Part shown: piece after piece, positions 57,777 through 64,000 of the stretch
Numbering within the stretch: position 1 is the first letter of the stretch
How the letters are laid out: each line of letters opens with the position of its first letter
NCBI RefSeq assembly: GCF_001897375.1
Contig: NZ_MKSU01000002.1
Location: forward strand, 29,040 to 93,039
Source of the DNA: Sphingomonas sp. 67-36
Lineage (GTDB): Bacteria > Pseudomonadota > Alphaproteobacteria > Sphingomonadales > Sphingomonadaceae
Length of the DNA stretch: 64,000 nt
Direction: 5' to 3'
The notes under the pieces: model-generated
Seen by the model: only the letters and a program-made list of their open reading frames with translations
Databases searched by the model: none
What the model was told of the DNA's origin: nothing
Translations under genes and position numbers: made by a program

Positions 57777-59537
57777 TCAGTTTTCGTGGATAACCCGGAG
57801 GAATGCCTCGCCATAGGCATCGAGCTTGCGCTGCCCGATGCCGGCGATCCGCGCCATCTGGCCAAGCGAGGCTGGTCGGGACGCCGCCATCTCGCGCAGC
57901 ACCGAATCGTGGAAGATGACGTACGGCGGCACCTGCGCCTCCTTCGCGAGATCGCGGCGCTTCTCGCGCAGCGCCTCGAACAGCGGATCGCCGACGGGGT
58001 TGGCGGCGGCCTCGCCCTTGCGGCGGCGCTCCCGCTTCGGCGGCAGGACCAATGCGACCTGCTCCTCGCCCTTCAGGATGGCGCGCGCCGCGGGGCCGAA
58101 CTCAAGCCCGCCATGCGGATTGGCGCGCAAGGCATCGCGAAGCTGGAGCGCGCGGCCGACCGGCTTGAGCAGCGCCGTATCCTCCCCGTCGACGATCCCC
58201 CAGACGGAGAGCGATTCATGGCCGTTCATCAGGCTGCGCTCGGACGATTTGCCCGTCAGCACCTGCTCGACATAGGTCGATCCGAACATCTGCCCGGTGC
58301 GGAACACGGCGGAGAGATATTTCTGCGCCACCGTGCTCGCGTCGATCGCGCTGGGCGGCGACAGGCAATTGTCGCAATTGCCGCAGCTTTCGGGCGGCTC
58401 TTCGCCGAAATGCCGCAGCAGGATGCGGCGGCGGCACCCGGCCGTCTCGACCAGCGCGCCGAGCGCATTTAGCCGGGCGCGCTCGCCGGGCTGGCGGCGC
58501 TCCTCCACCTCGGCGATGCGCTGGCGGGCGCGGGCGAAATCCTCGGCGCCCCAGAAGAGATGCGCCACCGCCGGATCGCCGTCTCGCCCGGCGCGGCCGG
58601 TCTCCTGATAATAAGCCTCGATCGACTTGGGCAGGCCGGCATGCGCGACGAAGCGGACGTCCGGCTTGTCGATCCCCATGCCGAAGGCGACCGTGGCGCA
58701 GATCACCATGTCCTCGCTGGCGACGAAGGCGGCCTGGTTGGCGGCGCGCACCGCCGGCTCCAGCCCGGCGTGATAGGCGCGCACCGGGCGGCCGGTGACC
58801 GCCAGCGCCTCCGCCAGCCGCTCCGTCCCCGCGCGCGTCTGGGCATAGACGATGCCGGGGCCGGGCGTGGCGCGGATCAGGTCGAGGATCTGCCGCGTGG
58901 TGTTGTCGCGCGGGGTGATGGCGTAGCGGATGTTCGGCCGGTCGAAGCCGGCGACGATCATCCCGTCGTGCGGAATGCCGAGCTGATCGAGGATGTCGGC
59001 GCGGGTATGCGCGTCGGCGGTGGCGGTGAGCGCGAGGCGCGGGAGATCCGGGAAGCTGTCGAGCAGCGGGCGCAGCAGCCGATAGTCGGGGCGGAAATCA
59101 TGCCCCCATTCGCTGACGCAATGCGCCTCGTCGATCGCGAACAGCGAGATGCGGCCGCGCTGGAGCAGGTCGCGGAAATCGGCGGTCGAGGCGCGTTCGG
59201 GCGCGACATAGAGCAGGTCGAGCGCGCCATCGAGGAAGCGTCCGCGCGTCTCGGCGCGGTTCTCGTCCACGCTGGTGAGGGTGGCGGCGCGGATGCCAAC
59301 CGCCTCCGCCGCGCGAAGCTGGTCGTGCATCAGCGCGATCAGCGGGGAGACGACGACGCACGTCCCTTCCAGCATCACCGCCGGAAGCTGATAGCACAGC
59401 GACTTGCCCGCGCCGGTCGGCATCACCGCCAGCGTGTTCTCGCCCGCCAGCACGCGGCTCACCACGTCGCGCTGGACACCGCGGAAGTCGGGGAAGCCGA
59501 AGATGCGCTGGAGGGTGGAAACCGGGTCGGCAAGCAT
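57777..59537 (-). CDS. recQ: ATP-dependent DNA helicase RecQ
   Basis: MPTGAGKSLCYQLP, DEAHCVSEWGHDFRP, the zinc-binding CGNCDNC, and a C-terminal HRDC domain. Confidence 0.95.
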   Translation of the reverse strand: MLADPVSTLQRIFGFPDFRGVQRDVVSRVLAGENTLAVMPTGAGKSLCYQLPAVMLEGTCVVVSPLIALMHDQLRAAEAVGIRAATLTSVDENRAETRGRFLDGALDLLYVAPERASTADFRDLLQRGRISLFAIDEAHCVSEWGHDFRPDYRLLRPLLDSFPDLPRLALTATADAHTRADILDQLGIPHDGMIVAGFDRPNIRYAITPRDNTTRQILDLIRATPGPGIVYAQTRAGTERLAEALAVTGRPVRAYHAGLEPAVRAANQAAFVASEDMVICATVAFGMGIDKPDVRFVAHAGLPKSIEAYYQETGRAGRDGDPAVAHLFWGAEDFARARQRIAEVEERRQPGERARLNALGALVETAGCRRRILLRHFGEEPPESCGNCDNCLSPPSAIDASTVAQKYLSAVFRTGQMFGSTYVEQVLTGKSSERSLMNGHESLSVWGIVDGEDTALLKPVGRALQLRDALRANPHGGLEFGPAARAILKGEEQVALVLPPKRERRRKGEAAANPVGDPLFEALREKRRDLAKEAQVPPYVIFHDSVLREMAASRPASLGQMARIAGIGQRKLDAYGEAFLRVIHEN

Positions 59538-59602
59538 GATCCGTGCGCTATAGCGATGGAAAAGGCTGCGGCACCAGCCCGACAGACATGAAAGGACTTT
59601 CG

Positions 59603-59875
59603 ATGGAAATCGTGCGCGACAACCGGGCCGAGCAGGAATTCGAGCTGGACGTCGACGGGCACCGCGCCCTCGCCGCCTATCAGATCGAGGGCGACCGGAT
59701 CGTGTTCACGCATACCTTGGTGCCGAAGGCACTGGAGGGGCGGGGGATCGGATCGAAGCTGATCCGCGCCGCGCTCGACAGTGCGCGCGACCAGGGGCTG
59801 AAGGTGGTGCCGCAATGCTCCTTCGTGCGCGCCTATATCGAGCGGCACGACGAATATCGGGATTTGCTCGCGTAA
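59603..59875 (+). CDS. small GNAT-like acetyltransferase (YjdJ type)
   Basis: VFTHTLVPKALEGRGIGSKLIRAALDSARDQGLKVVPQCSFV. Confidence 0.7.
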   Translation: MEIVRDNRAEQEFELDVDGHRALAAYQIEGDRIVFTHTLVPKALEGRGIGSKLIRAALDSARDQGLKVVPQCSFVRAYIERHDEYRDLLA

Positions 59876-59880
59876 TGTCC

Positions 59881-59959
59881 GTCACCCCAGCGAAAGCTGG
59901 GGTCGCGCGCCATGGGAGTAACGCCTGCCGTCCGAGACCCCAGCTTTCGCTGGGGTGAC
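59881..59959. repeat. pair of inverted REP-like hairpin units
   Basis: GTCACCCCAGCGAAAGCTGGGGTC (59881-59904) and its reverse complement (59936-59959), between convergent genes. Confidence 0.8.
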
Positions 59960-59962
59960 GAC

Positions 59963-61822
59963 TCACTCCGCCGCGAGCGCTTCCTCGCGCTCTTTGGCCT
60001 GCCGCGCCCACATCTCCGCGTAGAGGCCGCCGCGCGCCAATAGCTGCGCGTGGCTGCCCTGCTCCACGATCCGCCCGGCCTCCAGCACAACGATCTTGTC
60101 GGCATGAACCACGGTGGAAAGGCGATGCGCGATCATGATCGTGGTGCGGCCGCGCTCGATCGCCTCCAGCGTCGCCATGATCTCCGCCTCGGTGCGGCTG
60201 TCGAGCGCGCTGGTCGCCTCGTCGAGGATCAGGATCGGCGGGTCCTTCAGCAAGGTCCGCGCGATCGCCACGCGCTGCTTCTCGCCGCCGGAGAGCTTCA
60301 GCCCGCGCTCGCCGACGCGGGTGCCGTAGCCTTCGGGCTGACGCTCGATGAAATCCGCGATCGCTGCGCCGCGCGCCGCTGCCTCGATCTCCGCCTCGCC
60401 CGCGCCCTCGCGGCCATAGGCGATGTTGTAGCCGATCGTGTCGTTGAACAGCACCGTATCCTGCGGGACGATGCCGATCGCGGCGCGTAAGGAAGCCTGC
60501 GTCACCTCGGCGATGTCCTGCCCGTCGATCGTCACGCGCCCGCCGGTGAGGTCGTAGAAACGATAGAGCAGCCGCGCGAGCGTCGATTTGCCCGCGCCGG
60601 ACGGGCCGACCACCGCCACGGTCGCGCCGGCCGGCACGTCGAGGTCGATGCCCTTCAGGATATCGCGCCCCGGCTCATAGCCGAAGCGCACGTCCTCGAA
60701 GCGCAGATGGCCGCGCGTCACCAGCAACGGCGGCGCGCCGGGCGCGTCGGTTACCTCGGCCGGCGTGTCGACCAGATCGAACATCGCGCCCATGTCGATT
60801 ACGCCCTGGCGGATCGTGCGATAGACCATGCCGAGCAGGTCGAGCGGGCGGAACAGCTGCGACAGCAGGGTGGAGACGAGCACGACATTGCCCGCCGTGA
60901 ACCGGCCGTGGCCCCAGCCGACCACCACCCACGCCATGCCGGCGGCGAGCATCAGGTTGGTGATGAGCGCCTGCCCGATGTTGAGCCAGGCGAGGCTGTT
61001 CTCCGATTTCACCGCCGCCCCGGCATAAGCGGTCATCGCCGCTTCGTAGCGGCGGCCCTCACGCCCTTCCGCGTTGAAATATTTCACCGTCTCGAAATTG
61101 AGCAGCGAATCGACCGCATGGGCGACCGCGCCGGTATCGAGATCGTTCATCTGCGCGCGCAGGGCGGCGCGCCAGTCGGTCACCCAGCGCGTGAACCAGA
61201 TATAGACGACCACCATCGCCAGCGTCGCCACCACCAGCGGCCAACCGAACTTCGTCCAGAAGATGCCGATGACGAGGCTCAGCTCCAGCACCGTCGGCGC
61301 GATGTTGAACAGCATGAAATAGAGCATCGTGTCGATGCTCTTGGTGCCACGCTCGACGACCTTGGTGACCGCCCCGGTGCGCCGTTCGAGGTGGAAGCGC
61401 AGCGAAAGCTGGTGGAGATGCCGGAACACCCGCACCGCCAGCCGCCGCGTCGCCTCCTGCCCGACGCTCTCGAACACCGCGTTGCGCAGATTGTCGAACA
61501 GCGTGGTGCCGAAGCGCGCGGCGGCATAGCCGATCGCCAGCAGCACGATCAGCGTGACCGGCGAGCGAGCGCCGGGCGCCATGCCGTCCACCACGCCCTG
61601 CAGCGCGAAGGGTGCGCCATAGACCTGCACCAGCTTCGACAGCACGACCAGCGCCAGCGCACCGGCGACGCGCGCGCGCATCGCGCGCGAATCCGACGGC
61701 CAGAGATAGGGGAGGAAGCGCCGCAGCGTCGGCCACATCGGGCGGTCGGCGGTCTTCGCGGCGGTGGGGTCGATCGGTGGCATGGATCGCCGGAATGTCA
61801 GGACGCCGGGGGCCGCCGTCAA
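59963..61822 (-). CDS. ABC exporter, fused permease and ATPase (ATM1/HMT1-like)
   Basis: GPSGAGKST, LSGGEKQRVAIARTLL, ILILDEATSALD, six N-terminal TM segments. Confidence 0.9.
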   Translation of the reverse strand: MTAAPGVLTFRRSMPPIDPTAAKTADRPMWPTLRRFLPYLWPSDSRAMRARVAGALALVVLSKLVQVYGAPFALQGVVDGMAPGARSPVTLIVLLAIGYAAARFGTTLFDNLRNAVFESVGQEATRRLAVRVFRHLHQLSLRFHLERRTGAVTKVVERGTKSIDTMLYFMLFNIAPTVLELSLVIGIFWTKFGWPLVVATLAMVVVYIWFTRWVTDWRAALRAQMNDLDTGAVAHAVDSLLNFETVKYFNAEGREGRRYEAAMTAYAGAAVKSENSLAWLNIGQALITNLMLAAGMAWVVVGWGHGRFTAGNVVLVSTLLSQLFRPLDLLGMVYRTIRQGVIDMGAMFDLVDTPAEVTDAPGAPPLLVTRGHLRFEDVRFGYEPGRDILKGIDLDVPAGATVAVVGPSGAGKSTLARLLYRFYDLTGGRVTIDGQDIAEVTQASLRAAIGIVPQDTVLFNDTIGYNIAYGREGAGEAEIEAAARGAAIADFIERQPEGYGTRVGERGLKLSGGEKQRVAIARTLLKDPPILILDEATSALDSRTEAEIMATLEAIERGRTTIMIAHRLSTVVHADKIVVLEAGRIVEQGSHAQLLARGGLYAEMWARQAKEREEALAAE

Positions 61823-61831
61823 GGAGCGGGG

Positions 61832-62587
61832 TTACGCCCCCACCGCCGTCACGAAATAATCGAGCACGGTCGAATCGCTCAGCGCGAAGCCGCGCGTCGG
61901 GGAGAAGCTCAGCCCGCGCACGTCGATCACGCGCATCCCGGCGCGCGCGAGCAGGTCGCCGAGTTCGTCGGGCGTCAGGAAGCGGTTCCAGTCGTGCGTG
62001 CCGCGCGGGATGCGGCCGGTGCCTTCCGCCAGCGTGATCAGCGCGAGCCGCGACAGCGGCGTGCGATTCGGCGTGGACATGATGAGCAGCCCGCCTGGCG
62101 CCACCGCCCGCGCCAGCCCGGCGACGAACGATTCGGGATCGGTGACATGTTCGATCACCTCCATCGAGGTGACCAGATCGAACGTCTCGCCCGCCACGGT
62201 CTCCACGCCGCCGACGCGATAGTCGATCGCCAGCGCGCCGGCATGATCGCGCGCGGCGGCGATATTCTCCGGCGCGGCGTCGATCGCCGTGACGCTCGCG
62301 CCAAGCCGCGCGAGCGGCTCCGCGAGCAGCCCCGCGCCGCAGCCCACGTCCAGCGCGCGCTTGCCGGCAAGCGGGGTGAAGCCCTCGCCGTCGTCGTCCC
62401 AATGCGTGTCGATCCGCTCGCGGATATAAGCGAGCCGGGGCGGGTTGAGCCGGTGCAGCATCGCCGAGGAGCCCTTCGGGTTCCACCAGTCGCCGGCCAT
62501 CGCGCCGAAATGCGCCGCCTCGCGCGGATCGATCGATGAAGGCGCGCTTTCGGCGTCTGTCACTTTTGTTACGGTTGCGTCGGGCAT
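61832..62587 (-). CDS. ubiG: ubiquinone biosynthesis O-methyltransferase
   Basis: WWNPKGSSAMLHRLNPPRLAYIR, LDVGCGAGLLAEPLARLGASVTAID. Confidence 0.85.
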   Translation of the reverse strand: MPDATVTKVTDAESAPSSIDPREAAHFGAMAGDWWNPKGSSAMLHRLNPPRLAYIRERIDTHWDDDGEGFTPLAGKRALDVGCGAGLLAEPLARLGASVTAIDAAPENIAAARDHAGALAIDYRVGGVETVAGETFDLVTSMEVIEHVTDPESFVAGLARAVAPGGLLIMSTPNRTPLSRLALITLAEGTGRIPRGTHDWNRFLTPDELGDLLARAGMRVIDVRGLSFSPTRGFALSDSTVLDYFVTAVGA

Positions 62588-62646
62588 AAGCTCTACCTAT
62601 CAGGGCCGCCGTTTCCCCCCAAGCGGAAGGTTGGACGGCAGCGACA

Positions 62647-63903
62647 ATGGCGCGCATCGTGATGAAGTTCGGCGGCACCTCGATGGCCGGGATCGAGCGC
62701 ATCAGGAGCGTCGCCGCGCGCGTCAAACGCGAGGTCGATGCCGGCAATCAGGTCGCGGTGGTGGTCTCCGCGATGGCGGGCGAAACGGACCGGCTGGTCG
62801 GTTTCTGCCGCGAGGCGTCGCCGCTTTACGATCCGCGCGAATATGACGTGGTGGTCTCCGCCGGGGAGCAGGTGACGAGCGGGCTGCTGGCGATCGCGCT
62901 TCAGGCGCTGGGCGTGAAGGCGCGCTCGTGGCTCGGCTGGCAATTGCCGATCAACACCTCCGATGCCTTCGCCAAGGCGCGGATCGGCACGATCGACACC
63001 GAGGCGCTCGACGAGAGCCTCGCGGCCGGCGAGGTGGCGGTGATCCCCGGCTTCCAGGGCGTGCACGAAGGCCGCGTGACGACGCTCGGCCGTGGCGGGT
63101 CGGACACGTCGGCGGTGGCGGTGGCGGCGGCGATGAAGGCCGACCGCTGCGACATCTACACCGATGTGGACGGCGTCTATACCACCGATCCGCGCATCGT
63201 CCCGCGCGCGCGTAAGCTCGCCAAGGTGACCTATGAGGAGATGCTGGAACTCGCCAGCGTCGGGGCCAAGGTGCTCCAGACGCGCTCGGTGGGGCTGGCG
63301 ATGAAGGAAAAGGTCCGCGTCCAGGTGCTCTCGTCGTTCACCGGCGAGGACGCGCCGATGGCGGACGAACTGCCCGGAACGATGATCGTGGGCGAGGAGG
63401 AGATCGACGACGTGGAACGGCAGCTCATCACCGGCATCGCGCACGACAAGAACGAGGCCAAGATCACGCTGACCAGCGTGCCGGACAAGCCCGGCGCGGT
63501 GGCGAGCATCTTCGAGCCGCTGGCCGAGGCCAATATCAACGTCGACATGATCATCCAGAACATCGCGCATGGTTCCGGATCGACCGATGTCACCTTCACC
63601 GTGCCGGCCGCCGATCTGGCGCGCTCGATCGAGACGCTCAACCAGGGGCGCGAGAAGATCGGCTTCGCGGAGCTGGTGCATGACACGCGCGTCGCGAAGA
63701 TCTCGGTGGTCGGGGTGGGGATGCGCAGCCATGCCGGCGTCGCCTCGACGATGTTCACCACGCTCGGCGCGCGTGGGATCAACATCATGGCGATCACCAC
63801 CAGCGAGATCAAAGTCTCGGTGCTGATCCATGAGGACGAGACGGAGCTGGCGGTGCGCGTCCTCCACACCGCCTACGGGCTGGACGCGGACGAGGCGGCC
63901 TGA
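62647..63903 (+). CDS. lysC: aspartate kinase
   Basis: MARIVMKFGGTSMAG, GRGGSDTSAVAVAAA, two C-terminal ACT domains. Confidence 0.95.
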   Translation: MARIVMKFGGTSMAGIERIRSVAARVKREVDAGNQVAVVVSAMAGETDRLVGFCREASPLYDPREYDVVVSAGEQVTSGLLAIALQALGVKARSWLGWQLPINTSDAFAKARIGTIDTEALDESLAAGEVAVIPGFQGVHEGRVTTLGRGGSDTSAVAVAAAMKADRCDIYTDVDGVYTTDPRIVPRARKLAKVTYEEMLELASVGAKVLQTRSVGLAMKEKVRVQVLSSFTGEDAPMADELPGTMIVGEEEIDDVERQLITGIAHDKNEAKITLTSVPDKPGAVASIFEPLAEANINVDMIIQNIAHGSGSTDVTFTVPAADLARSIETLNQGREKIGFAELVHDTRVAKISVVGVGMRSHAGVASTMFTTLGARGINIMAITTSEIKVSVLIHEDETELAVRVLHTAYGLDADEAA

Positions 63904-64000
63904 CGATCGGCGGGCGGCGCGCTATCTGGCGCCCGTTCCGCACGTCACCGGGCCGTCCGCGACGGCCTTCACCGTGCATTTGGCGGCCCCCAGCACCGTT

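Overview
High-GC alphaproteobacterial chromosome segment. Gene content and a GTCACCCCAGCGAAAGCTGGGGTC hairpin repeat suggest Sphingomonadaceae, but that is inference only. The window has three parts. (1) 1-4.9 kb holds a TetR regulator, an FAD monooxygenase and a cytochrome P450, followed by about 0.7 kb of uninterpretable coding debris. (2) 4904-34296 is a roughly 29.4 kb genomic island at the 3' end of tRNA-Gly(GCC), bounded by a perfect 45 bp direct repeat. It carries a tyrosine recombinase that looks frameshifted, two diverged hipBA modules with their own operator arrays, decayed VapBC/Phd toxin-antitoxin (TA) remnants, a LysR/hydrolase cargo pair, and a dense run of conflict-system genes between about 11 and 29 kb. 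That run includes a zinc-ribbon protein, an HNH-like protein, two paralogous HEPN-like (Rx5H) proteins, an orphan RES-domain protein, a signal-less trypsin-like protease with two unknown partners, a 1265 aa SIR2-like protein, and a 1260 aa protein with a C-terminal PD-(D/E)xK nuclease motif. The two giant genes are divergent across an AT-richer 1.3 kb spacer and are my best candidates for an undescribed defence system. (3) 34.3-64 kb is ordinary core genome: two-component system, carbonic anhydrase plus SulP, porin, thioredoxin-TPR, aminotransferase, pabB, rpoZ, PLD, MFS, Cdc48-like AAA+, ppi, mgtE, recQ, ABC exporter, ubiG, lysC. No CRISPR array, rRNA or transposase was seen. All functional calls come from motifs read by eye in the supplied translations; no database search was run.
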